Part shown: positions 25,404 to 39,227 of the stretch, piece by piece
Numbering within the stretch: the stretch's first letter is position 1
Layout of the letters: each line of letters starts with the position of its first letter
Assembly (NCBI GenBank): GCA_016906335.1
Contig: JADEYG010000004.1
Span: forward strand, 1,116,001-1,180,000
Reading direction: 5' to 3'
Origin: Novakomyces olei
Lineage: Eukaryota
DNA: 64,000 nucleotides
Translations under genes and position numbers: made by a program
The notes under the pieces: model-generated
The model's input: only the letters and a program-made list of their open reading frames with translations
The model's database searches: none
What the model was told of the DNA's origin: nothing

Positions 25404-28400
25404 TCACACACCGCCCTGTTGCCACGGGGCCTTGATTGCGTTTTGGTCGCCAAACACTGGATCCACGTCTTCCTCCTGCACACTGTTTGCGTGACCAGAC
25501 GCAGCAGACGTGGTGCGGATGCTCATAGTGCGGTGAGCATCAGCGCCCGATTGGCCAGCCGGATTCAAACGCTCTTCTGACGGAGAAGCTTCTTCCGTCT
25601 CCACAAAAGACTGCAACTGATCCGCCATTTTGAATACTAAATCGCTCTTTTGTGAGGGAGCAGGCGAAGGCAGCGAGGGCCTGGGCGACATTGACCGCTG
25701 TCCGCTCTGTGAGCGAGCCAAATTTGTCCAAGCGTCACTATTGCCCTCGTTGCTAGTATTGATATTGCCATCACTCGGCAAAGTGACATCATTGGGTTGG
25801 ACAGAGAGGAAAGCAGATGGCTTTGCCACCGCCATCGGAGACGGAGACGGAGCCGACACCGATGCCGATGCCGATGCCGATGCCGACCTCTGTCGCTCAC
25901 GGGCAACGATCCGCGAACAAAGCTCCGGTTTTGCTGTCCGCAAATGCTCCAAGAAATTGCGTCTGCAATGTAATGTCCGTAGAACGTTTCTCACGAGGAG
26001 CGGCTGCCTTTCCTCACGGCTCATGTAGACTCCATAGCACCGACGAAGGAACTCTTCAATGGTCAAAGCGCGTTTCCAATCGACCAGGATCTGTGTTGTA
26101 AGCGTAAGCAATACTGATCGCATAGAAACACGCGACAGAGACTGCAGTTTATCGAGCTCTTGCAGGCACTGCTCGTAATTCTCGCGCCTTCGTTTGATCT
26201 CTTCCGGATCCAAATTGCCCAGCTGAGCCGTGAGAGCATCAATATCGATACTGCCCATTTCAATGCTGCATACACGCGTCACACCCTTTGGCCCAAGCGC
26301 CGTTTCATCCTCCTCAGTATTGGCGCGCGGCAGTGAGAGCGAAGAGGAGGAGGAAGCGGAGGGCCGTTCCTCGTTCACCACTCGTGCCGATTCTTTGCTC
26401 CCAAGGTTACGCAGTACTTGGTTGCCTCGATTACTTGTTTGCGTTTTACTTGTGCTGTTAAGGTTACTTGTTTGTGCATTGCTTAGTAGTGTGCAGACAC
26501 GGAAGGGTTCCCGGTACACACGAATCTCCAAAACGCCAGTTAAGCGGGACAAAAATTTGGGAATGTCCTTCATATCAATGAAGCCGGTGCACTCGGGATC
26601 AAAGTCGGCCCACTGCTTTTTGAAATTGCGCAGTTCGTCACGGTTGACGAGGCTGCTCCGACCTGTGAGGGAGTAAACGTAGGAGAAACTCTCGAAAACA
26701 ACAGTAATAAACATGTTTACAAAGATGTACATGGAGATCACGTTCCACGCAATAAAAAGCCCGTAAGCCCACGCCTCTGAGCCACAGTCAGAGCGGTAGA
26801 AATTTGAGCTGGAAATGCATTCCGGGTACTGCATTGTAAAACTGTGCATAATCCCGTTCCAGCCTTCTCCGCAACTCATACGGAAAAGGACCACGAGAGC
26901 ATGGAAAATGGTCCTGAAATTACGGGTGTTGGTCGCCTCATCGCCCAAGCGAGTAAGGCCAAAGATCTGAGTGAATCCGATGGCAAAGGCAATATACACT
27001 ACCGCCCAAGTCGAGAGCAGACTGACAATTGTGGGCAAGGAGGCAATAGCCGTCTTGAAAAGCATCTCGAGACTGTCAATCCTGGTGATCAGGTTCAGCA
27101 GCATTGATACGAGTGCCAGTTTGTGTACGACTTGGAAACTCCGCTCACTGTACCCAGAAAGGCTGACGGCAGTCAGGCAAAAGCTGCTCAGTGCCGTGAT
27201 TACCCCGTAAATGTTCCATTTACTGCTGAAATAAAACCTTGGTGTAAGGCCAACTAGTCTGACCAACGAGTTTGCCAACAAGAGACCTGTAACAACGAGG
27301 AACAAGGAGTTTCTCGTCAGAATCCAAGCACTCGGGGCGTTGTAAAAATCAGTGCATAAAAGCGCCAAATGGAAAATCAGCAAGCCTGTTACTGCCTTTG
27401 AGTACTTGTTGCGTTTTGTTGTAGCATAATGGTAGCACCACGCTTTCCATTTGCCCCGGGGAGCATGATAGGGTTTGCGAGAAGGGTTTATCTGGCCCAG
27501 CACCTTTTTCGCTTCCAGCCATTCTCTTTGTTCTGGTGTGAAAAAGGCGCTTCCCCGTTTTTCCGTATAATTATCGATAATTACAGCGACAAAAAGACTC
27601 AGTATAAACAGACTTCCCAACAGGATAAAACAGACCATGAAAATCGCATACTCTGGGTGACTATTCGTGTTAGGCTGAAGCCCTACACCTTCAATATCCA
27701 TCAACGAATGCATAACGTCAATCCAGCCCTCGAGCGATATGCTCTCGTACATTATAAGCATGGCATTTGCAAACGTATCGAAACTCCAAGGGTTCCCATT
27801 CGACCAGGCTCGAGGGGCCAATATTGCCCAATTTTCGGGAACGTCATAATACTCAAAGACACAGGCGGCCATGCCACTCACATTGTCATCCGTACAAGAA
27901 TACAACTTTCCGGCAAACATAGTCTGACCCCAGATTGCAAAGGGTACAAGCAGGCCGATTGCTACTGCTCCAGCAGCCAAGATTTTAACTGCCCCGAGAA
28001 TGAAAACATCGTAAAAAGTCTGCCTCGATCTGTCGCTAATGGCAACCAGACGGAAAGCTCGAAGACCTTTGAAGCCCCGAAAAGCTCGAGAAATTCCTCC
28101 ATCGGATCGAAAATCAGCAATAACGTTAATCCACAATGTTGATAGAATAATGCCATCAATCGCGTTCCAAACACTGCGGCCGTAAGCGTTTGGTGTGAGG
28201 TAAAATCCATCAGCAACCACCTTGATCACGAATTCCAGGGTGAAAAAAAGGGTAAAAATCAAGTCTGTCCATGTAAACCACGCAATACTCTTACGAACTC
28301 CTGCCAACTGGTAAAAAGTTAATTCGTACAGCGGAGTAGTAATACACGCAATAACAACAAGGCCCACAATACAGGCAACGGTAAGCGCCAAAAAAGGGTA

Positions 28401-31400
28401 GTAAAGAAATGGATCGGGTTCAACTCCATCGTGCCGTTTGCCCACACCGGGAACACAGAACCTTTGACAAAAAAGACGGAACTTGTTACGCGGCTTGAAG
28501 ATGTAAAGACTCGTATTATATTCTGGATGAGACTCTAGAAACTTTGTACGCTGCTGCAGTGCTTCTGCCTCTGCCGCCTCTGCGTCGTTGACCATTGTTT
28601 CCGGGTTCATTTTGGATAAGCGCTTCTTTCTTTTGTTGGCCCTTTTGGAAAATGGATTGTTGCTCGATTTTTTCTCCCGACTGCCATTGCTATCTGCAGA
28701 ATCGGGAGCATTGCTTACTTCTGACGGATCATTAGGGCCGGCGTTGACAGAACTGCTTTTCTGCAACAGCGAACGGAACCCGGTCTTTAATTTTTGCATT
28801 ACATCAGACTTGGAACTTTGACTCGTGGTCTCTGCGTTTTCTTGTACCGGAGGAGCAGCAGGAGTCGCCGGAACCTGGTCAGCAGTAGCCGATTTCTCAT
28901 TAGACTGCAGAAACTCACGTACGACTTGCTGGCGCATAAGCTCGCTATAATCCTGAGGATTAGACACAACTGATTTTTTCGAGTTCCAGTGTGTGATCTT
29001 GCTGAGCGCTACACGGAACAATCCAGCACCGGGAATAACCGAATTATCGCTCCTTCGATTGGCCAAATGCCGATTTACATAATCGATTAATTGCTGTTGC
29101 CGACCGTGCCGTTTAGAATCAAAACTTTCCTGAATAACCGCGATATAGAGGGGAACAAGAATAAAATTAGAGAATCCAAACCAGGCGATCAGGAAAATTG
29201 CAGCTATCCAAGAGATATGAAAGGGCGAGAGCACTCCCATTACGGGGAACAGTATACTCGTCCAATCTTCTGAGCTGAACACCTGAAACATTCCCAGATA
29301 CGAGTTCCACATTGCTTGAAACGTAACCTCATCCGCGTCCGTGTAAGACGCGTCGATATTGCCACGGAACAATTGGCAGGCGAAAATCGAAAATAGGAAC
29401 ACCGCCAAGAGCATAAAAGTGAGCAGATTTACTATAGCCAACATATTTTGCAGGACTTGTACGACAAGGTTTCGAGTAAAGGGTATCCATAAAAGCAGGC
29501 GATAGACCCGTAAGTATTGGAAAATTGTTAGCCAGTTGTACGTTTCACCGCTATCGCGAATTGGAGGAAATTGAATGATTATTGTAACAATCGCAATAAA
29601 ACCGTCAAAGATATTAACCTTGTTCCGGAAAAACTGTCGCCAGTCGGGGAAAGTTAAACCAAAACGGATGCAAATCTCGACAAAGAAAATGATCGAAAAC
29701 GCCAATTCTGCCCTATCTGGTTTCGTTAGTATCTGTTCAGTGTACAAATCACGTTGCTGCGCAGTTTTTTCTTTTCTAAACAGTCTTTTATTCAATCATA
29801 ATTCACTCTGGAATCATACAACAATGAAGAATATCAAGCTGAAAAAACTAAACAAATAAATAATAAATAAAAACAACCAAAATGACACAATGACACAATA
29901 AAACAATCTTACTTATATAAGCCCACTTGTTGTCTTCCCAAGACGTTCGGGTACGTGAGGCGTTGACACCTATATTCACAAGTACAAGAAGTGGAAACAA
30001 AGGTGAAATATAGCCCCAATAAGTCCTTGCTTTTCTCATCTGTGGGACGAGAGACCGAACAGTATACTCGGGCTCGACTTTTACATTCTGACCAGCTTTG
30101 CGTCCCGTGAAAGCGCTGGATCTGCTTTCTTCTCTAATTTTCTGAAATGCATTCGTTACGATAGCGATAACGAGTGAAACTAGCCAGTAAGTCAAAACAA
30201 TAATGCCCCCAATGAAAAACAGGCAGGCCACAAACATGTCAGAGTCCATTGTATCGTACATTATATCGGAAAACCCATTGGTGGCAATAATGATGTATAC
30301 AAGGACGAGTGAGGTCCCTATATTGTCAAAACTATAGGCTCCATTATACGGATTCTGGCCCTGAATGCACAAGCTTTCATACGGGCAAATGTAGCCCTTT
30401 GTCAAATTGCCCTGCCTGTTGTTCACATAATAAGGCGTTGAATGCCCCGTCAAATTATACTGGCCCCCACAAAACCCAGAGCTTTGAGTATAATTTGGCT
30501 CTATACCCAAAGGATCCACCCAAACGCAATGCCGCCGAAAAGAAGCTTGGAAGCTTTGAACACCAATAATAGCAAAAATCATCCAAAAAAAGGCGAGAAA
30601 AAAGCCAGCATTCAACAAGGAGGGTGCTGCCTGCTTTAGACTCCGTAAAATAGTGCTCGTTCCCGGTGTAATGTTTAACAGACGCAATATTCGCATACAG
30701 CTTAGCATTAAAAACACTCGAATATGCTCTTCACGATTAGGTGAATTATACTCTATAATAATCTCAATCCAGAAAGCAGCCACGGACAAGAAGTCTATAC
30801 GTGAAAAACTGTGCCGTAAATAAGCTCGACGTAGTAAATCCACCTTATTAACTTGAGCCACGTGCCTAATGTGAAGAGGTGCTTTTTCGATCAGAGTAGA
30901 ATGACGTTTCGGAAGAGGAGGGGGCGTATTATCCGTATCAAACCCGCCCCAATCTGGGACTCTTCCTTCTTGTCCGCCTAACCGTACATTTGAGAATCTC
31001 TGCTCACGCGACTCATAATCATTCTCCCGTAATAAACTGGACGCAAAGGGAGAACTCCAAAATTCTTCGTCCTTTATTCCTGGCGGATTGAAATAAAACC
31101 CACAAGCAATTGAACGTGCCAGAACTTCAAGGGTATAAATGACGAAAATTGCCATTAGGATGTAATGTTTCCATGTATGTGCAAACAATCTATTGTAAAC
31201 AATTCGACCTTCCTCGTTAAAAGGCGAATTTATCGATTGAACTGTTAGAATGACGGTCTGCAACACGATCAGTGCTAGCAGAAACGGTTCCGTTACACTT
31301 TTTGTCAGAGAAAAGGAAGGAAAACGAAAAATAACGAAAATAATACATGGATAAACACAAAACTTACGGACTCAATAGTAGATCGATCATGAACCGCCTA

Positions 31401-32558
31401 ACTTTACTCTTGGGACCAAACAAGTACATGGAACGGCCACGTGGCTGTTCCAAAGCCCAGTCGTACCAAAGCCGGCGGGCTTCATCCTCGGGATCGTCTT
31501 CGCCGGACGAAGAGGCGGTATCAGATCGCTGAGTAGATCTCGACGGAGCTCTCGAACTAGTACTAACGCCGTCACCAGCATTATCATGTGAAATATTCAC
31601 TACACGCGACGACATGTTGTGGAAAGCTTCAGACACTTTCTTTACTGGCGAAGCGATTTCGGGTATCTGTGAAGGCAATGTGAGATGGTTCCTTGACCCG
31701 TCTAGTCCAGAGGTTAAAGACTTTGCATCATCAACTCGCACCCCCAGCGGAGTGTGAAGCTCTATAGCCGGCAGCCTTTGAGGTTGAGGCATTCGTAGTT
31801 CAGGCATTACTATCGAGATCGGCCTTTGCCTTTGTCTCTTGTGCTCCTGCCTCAAGTCTCCTTGGGCCTCTTCGCCCTGTTGCTGCATTTCACCAGCATT
31901 TAATCTTATATTATGCGTAAGCTCCGCTGTCTCGCCTTCGTCCACAGACAAATTTGTATCTGTATGCGTGAAGAATCCGGGCGCAGTTGAATCCGCGTAC
32001 GATTCGTACCGTTCAAACGGAAGCGTTTGTGAGTTCGTCCCCGTCAGTACTCTCACCGTGGGTGAAGCCTCTGCCGTTTCATTGCGAAAATTGGCTGATA
32101 AGGGTGTGGAAGGTGACACGTCTGCAAATGGGTTCTCCAGCTCATCTGGTGTATACTAGTAATATTAGGATTGATGTAATTTTTGAATGAAATGAACATG
32201 ATGTCGTAGTTTTGAGACGAACAACGTGTCATCAAATGAACACCAAAAAGCAAATCAGGATAAGCCGAAGAATAGGTCAGACAAATTAAAAGAACTAAAG
32301 CCAGTATAAAACTATCAAAGCCACCAAACATCGCGATAGGACTGTCCAAAAAATAAAACTAAAAATAAAACTAAAAATAAAATAAAATAAAATAAAACAA
32401 AATGTAATTACTTCGTTATTTCCCTGCCCGAAATGAGCATCTTCTGCAGAAAAACTAGAAAGCCGTGAGACTTGAGGTCGGCCTAGCTCGTCTAGCTGAA
32501 TCTGCTCGATGCCAAAGTCAAAACTTTGCCGTTGCCGTGGCGTGGGACGATCAGTCAT
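25404..32558 (-). CDS. CCH1: Cch1 high-affinity Ca2+ channel (introns 32156-32411, 31298-31367, 29717-29912)
   Basis: Four 6-TM repeats with S4-like basic segments. Pore loops ATNGF / SSEDW / SLEGW / CGEGW give the N-E-E-E filter. EF-hand-like FDPECTGFI. Confidence 0.93.
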
Positions 32559-33009
32559 GGTGCTCGGTAATAGCCCTCGCTATCAAAAGAACGTGTAATG
32601 CTACTGCTTGCAGCTCACCGAGCGCTTTTGTACCGTTACTCTCACACAGGCCAGTCATTCATTTTGCAGGTTGCAATAAAAAGCTGGAATTGTTCCTTCA
32701 AAAGCCCTAATCCAGCATCAATGGTCGAATTGCCGCGAGCCGTGAGCCAAGCCCGTACAGGAGATTAGACTATCTAGATATAATCAGGAGTAGTGTACAT
32801 TATATGTAACTAATAAAATTATATACTAATATAAAAGTACAAGCCGAGTTTTAATATGGCGAATGGTATTAATGTAAATAGTATGCTGCACAAAGGGAAT
32901 ACTATAAGAATCTCGTTATAAAATAATGCTACATAGTAGCCACATAGTACTGCCACATATGATAGATATTTCCAGTCCAGCCGGAACCGTTCCCCCCTAA
33001 AAGACAGCA

Positions 33010-33573
33010 ATGGGACAGAGCCAAAGCCAGCCGAAACGGCCGGCCGAGGTCGTAATCCAGGGCCCGGGACAAGTTCCGATCAGCTTTTCCAATTCGCTGG
33101 TTCAGCACTTGGATCAGGCTAAAGAGGTAAGATTGCTGCTGTACGAGCTGCTTTTAACGATCAATTGCTCAACATGTCCCTGCTAGTCAAAATCAACTCG
33201 GTCAGCGTCCGTTGAAGAGCATATTCAGGAACGCGTCGAGGCGGAACTGCAGAGGCTGCGCACACGCGAAGATCAGGTACGGCGCGACGTCGAATCAGAG
33301 CTTTCGCGCCGGAATATTGATACGGAGAAGGCGGCCAATGATCCTCTCAATTCCATCATTATCGAGCAGGATATAGTGGCCCTGCAAAGGAGGTTTGATG
33401 ATATCATACCTGAGCCCACTGTAGATAATACGGCTGCCGTTAACAGCAAAAGCCATTTGCTGGACTGCCTAAAGGCAAACGGGACCCGGTCTTTAGATTG
33501 CTGGAAAGAGGTGGACGAGTTCAAGCACCAAGTGGCTCTTTTACAGCAGCAGTTTATTCAGTCGCACCAATAA
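33010..33573 (+). CDS. MIC19: MICOS subunit Mic19 (DUF1690), one intron
   Basis: MGQSQS myristoylation-type start, ISFSNSLVQHL, HIQERVEAELQRL, and a C-terminal CLKANGTRSLDCWKEVDEFK. Confidence 0.85.
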
Positions 33574-34021
33574 GGCCATTGAGATATAGAACTGGAGTGA
33601 ATTGGGTTGCAGCTTTCCGCCTTCATCTACTCTGCTGCTCTCGTCACGGATTGTCTTTAGCGGAGATAACAGCGACTATTTAAAAAACCTCATATTACAA
33701 TCGGATCTAGAGGTCTACCATCATTATCGCTCTAAAGTCCAGCTCTATATTTCCGCAATTATTCACTCGTAGCCACGTTTACGTCATGTGCCAATTTGAG
33801 GTAGAAAAACAAACATTGATATTCGTTTAGCACTTTTGTGGGCGTAAAAGCATTAGCAGCAACGTTCAAAACAGCCATCACGTTCAGAATAGCATAAACG
33901 GTAGGATTATAAGACGGTTATGTGAACAATATATTGCCTATTCGAACCGTGTGCTACTCGAATCTTTGGTTGTGTATGCTGCTATTGATCGTTTCCTACG
34001 TAGCCTTCTTTTTTAGGCCTT

Positions 34022-35854
34022 CTAGTCATCCTTTGGACGTGGAAACTCTCGAGCTCTGTAAAGCAGAATGTACGCACTGTCAGACTCTCCACCGCCTTCC
34101 AACTGCTCAATTCTGGCCCGGTCAACGACGGATACTTTATCGTCATTGAACCGGTACCACGAATCACCCGAGTCCTCAGATTCCCGCTTAATCCAGGCCT
34201 GATAATGCCCGGCATCGGCAGACGGGCCTTGGTGAGTAAGAACACCAACCAAATCATAAAGGCCAGACGCATTAGCTCCTTTATCCGCCAACAGCTCTGG
34301 ATCCATTTCCTTCGTCAATTCGGCAACTGCTGCTTCGTACTCGGCCTGCTCCTCAGGACGGCTGTCTGGGGATTCTTGTTTTAGTTCATTAGCAGTTTCC
34401 TTGCCCTTTTCGTCGCTTGGTCCAGGCTGAGCAGTTTTTTCGCTATCAATTTGCTGCATTTTAGCACGTTTCCGCACACGTTCCTTCTCATCACGTTCTT
34501 TAGTAATTTCCCGCAATTTATCACGCACGGGAACCAACTTTTTCTGTAAATCTGTATCGCACAGCTCAACTGCATCAAACTCAAAGGGAAACTTTACACG
34601 GCGCAAAATCTTTGCCTTCTTCCGGATAGAAGCCTTCCAATAAAACCGAACAAAGGACACAGTCAGATACTTGGGCAATCGAGTTATTCTCGTGTCCTTT
34701 GTGTATAAAGCATCACGGCCCAACGAGGGCGAGGCCTTTGTGATTTCTTCGTGCAGGGCGTCCTTTATGCCTTCAAGCATAAAGTTAGTTTTGGCTGATA
34801 TGTGGCAGGAAAGTTTTGTAAATTCGTCCACTGACTGGCTCGGCTCCTCATCCGCAGACTCTGTACACTTCATTATGCTCTTGGTCGTGCCCGTCATGTA
34901 CGTGTCGACCCAGGAAGCTCCTTCACGAGTCCTCAATGTGGATTTGAGATTCGAAATTATCGCCGACCAGCACTCTTCCGCATCCTGCTGGGCATAAGCT
35001 CCACCATGTTCACGGCTACGTTCCGCAAATTGCGGGTAAGCTTCTCTCAGAGTCGTGAGGAAAAGAAGGGGAGAGTACGGGTCCGACGCTTGCTTTAGGC
35101 TGCTGTACAATGTATGCAGGGAAGAAGCAATATCCCGGCGAATGTTTCCGGGTGTATGAAGGGACAGCGCTTCTTGCATTTCTGGCATAACTCGCATAAC
35201 CTGAATCGTCGAGTTCATATAGCACGTGTTCCCCAGATTGTGTAAACCGGGCGGATCCTGCAATTGGTCAGACTGAAAAATTGAACGAAAATAAATTTAA
35301 AAAAAATGGAATCAAAGAAAAAAGAGAATGGGCACAGTAGAGTAGGGAGCGAAACGGCAACAAGGCCAACGTGAAAGCGAAACGGTGAGAATTGTACGGT
35401 GAAAATTGTACGGTGAAAAGTGTACGGTGAAAATTATCGGCAAATAATCGTATAAAAAAAGCACAAAATTGTTATCAAGTACCATTGTGGTTTTAGGTTC
35501 CTCAGCCTGCTGAGCCGCTACCGGAGTCGCGCCCTTTAATTCGCCAACAGTGCCCATCATCATAATCATCTGCTGCGGTTTAAGGCCGAGCTGAACATTA
35601 TTAGCCGCTGCTTAAAAAAAAAAGCCAAGTTTCCTTACGGCCGACATGTCTTGATCGTCGCGCAGCTGCCCGCCTTTAACGAGAATCTTTTGCTTTTCTG
35701 GAGGAACAGATGTAAGACTGTACAGCTGCAGCTTAAGCGTGGATCCCGGTTCAGCCGTATCGACCTGCGCTCTGTTAGAACCGCACTTGACCAAAATTCT
35801 TACGTCCACATCGTACTTGCGCCCTTGCCACTTTACAACGATCGGAGTGCCCAT
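34022..35854 (-). CDS. UBP6: proteasome-associated deubiquitinase Ubp6/USP14 (3 introns)
   Basis: N-terminal Ubl (VKWQGRKY..PEKQKILVKGG), GLHNLGNTCYMNS Cys box, QQDAEE and GHY His box. Confidence 0.95.
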
Positions 35855-36197
35855 CGTGACGGGGGCCGTAAGGATTGCGGTGCAGTCGATTCGCCTATGA
35901 AAATCAGTACATGCGAGTGATAATATAGACGTATTACGCGTTATATAGAGAGTTATGTAGAGAGTTATACAGAGTTATATAGAATTATATAGAGTTATAC
36001 AGAGTTATATAGAGACTATGTATGACGGAATATAGACTAAAACTACTGCTATAAAACACTGGCCGCCTTTCCAATAAACCTGGCCTCATATAATATTACT
36101 ACTTACTGGGCATTGCTCATTATTTTTATTTATATAAAATCAGCCTTTCATTCATTACCAACTCCACGCTAAACGAATACACAGGCACAAGACTTTG

Positions 36198-37456
36198 TCA
36201 AAATAAATGAGAATGCAATCGTCCATTCTGATCACTCAGCAAATCAGCCAAATCTACAAAAGCGGGGTCCGATGTACGCCACATGCCGAGAGAAAAGCTT
36301 ATACGCTTTAGATGTGTCAGCCGTTCTGCCACTAGAGCCGTAGAAATATCGTCAGGCAATAGCTTGTTTGCCAGCAACTTGCCGCTGAAATCCAGGCCCA
36401 AGTACTGTAGAGGATGATTTAATGGAACATTGGCAAACATGGCCGCTGTCACGTACTCCACGCTTATTCGCAGCCGCCGCAATTGCGGACACGTTTGCAA
36501 CACGAAATCCAGTGATTCCCTGGAGAGCGAGTGCATTGGATAACTAATCGTAAGGGAGCGCAGACGGGGGCCCAGGCAGAGCAGAATCATTTTCAGCCCG
36601 TAATCGCTGAGTGCTGGACAATGGCTCAGTGAAAGATCCACCAATGATTCTGGAAAGACGTTCATGTGAGCAAAATCATCGGCAATAAACCCAGCCAGCC
36701 CAATATGATAAAGTCTTGGTGGCCATTTGCAAGCGTGTGAAGCTACAAGCAGTGAGGCACACGGTAGATCGATAGACTCAAGGTGTGGCAGCGTGACAGA
36801 GATGTTTTCGCATAGCCTTTGCAGCTCTACTTTACCCGACACTCCGCCCATGTCACAAGTGCGCAGCCGAGAGCACATTCCCACAGCACGAACTGCGCTA
36901 AAGCCAAACCCGGTCTGTGGGGCAGTAAACTGCTCGAGTGAGGACGAGCATTTTCTTATTAACCGAGCAGTCAACGAGTGTCTCGCAGTGTGTCCAATGT
37001 AGGAAAGATCAAGGCGTTTAACAAAGGAGCCGTACCCACTGTGGGCTACAGTATCATGAAAAGATTTGAAATTTGTCGCTTTCAGACTGGGGAACCTGTA
37101 TACAAAGGGCACAGCCGCCACGTACGCTGCCTTGCATATGAAAAGGTAAGCCGCCGGATTACGGTGCAGCGCTTCGCCTTCAATAGGCACATCCTGAAAG
37201 CAATATGAAAATATCAATGACCTATTGCAGTTAGCAATCGATGAGAAAAAGATATGAATATGTAAATCCTGGATATGAATCTGGATTCGAATCTGAATCT
37301 GATCTGAATCTGGCACGATCAATAATCGTCTAAATATTACCATATCTCGACGGGAACGTGTGGGCAATCCAAGGCTTCAGCGATTTCCTGCCGTAAAGGC
37401 GTCGAGGCCACCTCGAAATCGCCTTGCTCTAGCATATACTGTGAAGCGACGGACAT
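36198..37456 (-). CDS. F-box/leucine-rich-repeat protein (intron ~37223-37340)
   Basis: The spliced junction creates F-box-like PHVPVEIWSLIFSY. Downstream LRR-like units include VKRLDLS, LVDLSLSHCPALSD and CPQLRRLRIS. Confidence 0.75.
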
Positions 37457-37949
37457 TTTAAATAGCGCCGACCTCAGTTTGTGGCAGACGCAAACATAAA
37501 AGTAGCGGCATCTTTGTCCATGGGCGGGGTTGCGACTAGAACCTTGAATTGTTTCAAAATTATTTAAATATTTTCAAATATTAAATGATGTGTTGTATCG
37601 CGATTCTTATTGCAAGACTTGTCAATGTAATTGACGCTACATAAAGTAATATTGGAAAAGAGTGTCGGGTGTTTTTCTGAATTTTTAATATTCTCTACAA
37701 TAACAGTCTACTTCAAAATTAGTAAATGGTAAGATGCGTGATTTATTAATTAAACGCTTTTGTAGATTCTATCTTTGAGAGTTTGACTGTACGTGACCCA
37801 ATCGGAGACAGCCCAATCTACAACAACAGGACCATACAAGAATTCGATTGGAGACGATTTCATCTGCTTTACACTGCGAAGAAGCATAAACTGGCCTGAT
37901 CATTATCGCCGCGCCATGTATCAAATACAATAAACCCCATAATGAAGCA

Positions 37950-38846
37950 CTATAACGGCTTGATCTTAAAATGCAGAGAAATAAGGCTGAAGACGAGAGC
38001 TTTAAGATCTACGTGTTAGAGAAATATAAAGCAACAGGCTTACCCTGCACAAAGTAGTAGAACACCCGCAAACCCTCTGGATCATTGCTGTCCTGAATCT
38101 GTGCAAGGCTTCCAATCTTTGCCGTTTCGAAAGCAATGTGCTGACTACCGAGCCGAATTTCTAGCTCTTCTTTCCCGTCTCTATTCTTCTCCGGCCATTT
38201 ACTGTCGTCCTCCCTATTATTTTAGATTCTGGGAGGGGTAATGGTGATGCGCTTCCAAGAGTACAAGGGAAAAAACAAAACAAAACAAAACAAAATAATA
38301 GTAAAAATAAAAGGATTGATGAAGGAATTCAAGACGAATAGGAGAGTCGAAAATCAATTCAAGTAGGCCAGTAACCCAGTAACAAATTGAAGGCGAATCA
38401 GATATAGATGTATTGATGTATGCCGGCATAAAACAGGTATTTCAGACAAAACAGGCGCTCCTTACTTTATAACTTCACTGTCTTCCACAATTCGCTTGAT
38501 CTCTTCAATCATCAGCGACGAAATGCGCACTGCGCACGGTCAGTTTCAATCTAGTAGTGGTCCTTTTATTGTCATACACTCCTTTCTGATCAAAGAATCG
38601 TTGCGATAATTTGAATTGTTTGCGTACCGCACTGCTAGTTAGCACCAAACGATCCAGCCAATCTTACTCTCGCCGTTCGCCTTGAAATCGAATTCTGGTG
38701 TCTGTTAGCAGATGTACTTTAATATATCGACAATCACACCAAGAAACTCGTGGCCAAAGCGGCCTGTATGCCCCGAGCTGTGTATTTAGCATTGGTACTG
38801 CTTTAAAGGCTTACTAGTATCGCAAATAAAACTCGTCTGTCGCCAT
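37950..38846 (-). CDS. mnh1: mago nashi, exon-junction-complex core protein (about 7 short exons; absent from ORF track)
   Basis: Spliced exons read [109 protein letters not shown]. Confidence 0.93.
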
Positions 38847-38939
38847 TGCCCTGCTTGCTGCACTGTGAAAGGCAATTTGTGCAGATGTAAGCGTACCTAA
38901 TATTACAACAATATTCGTGGTTAACTTTAAACTGTACTA

Positions 38940-38977
38940 ATATAATAATAATTTTAATAATTTTAATAATAGTAATA

Positions 38978-39063
<86 letters not shown>

Positions 39064-39085
39064 TATTATTATTATTATTATTATA
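38940..39085. repeat. (TAA)n run abutting an inverted (TTA)n run
   Basis: Directly visible in the mago/SEC26 divergent promoter. Confidence 0.95.
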
Positions 39086-39227
39086 TAGTTATAATTGCAA
39101 TCTAGTTATAATTACAATAATATATACACTAGCGCCACATAATCCAAGAATAATACACCAAACACGGGTCCAACGAAAACACGTGTGGACAAATAAGAGC
39201 CTAGTTGTCTGCATTACGTGGCCAACA

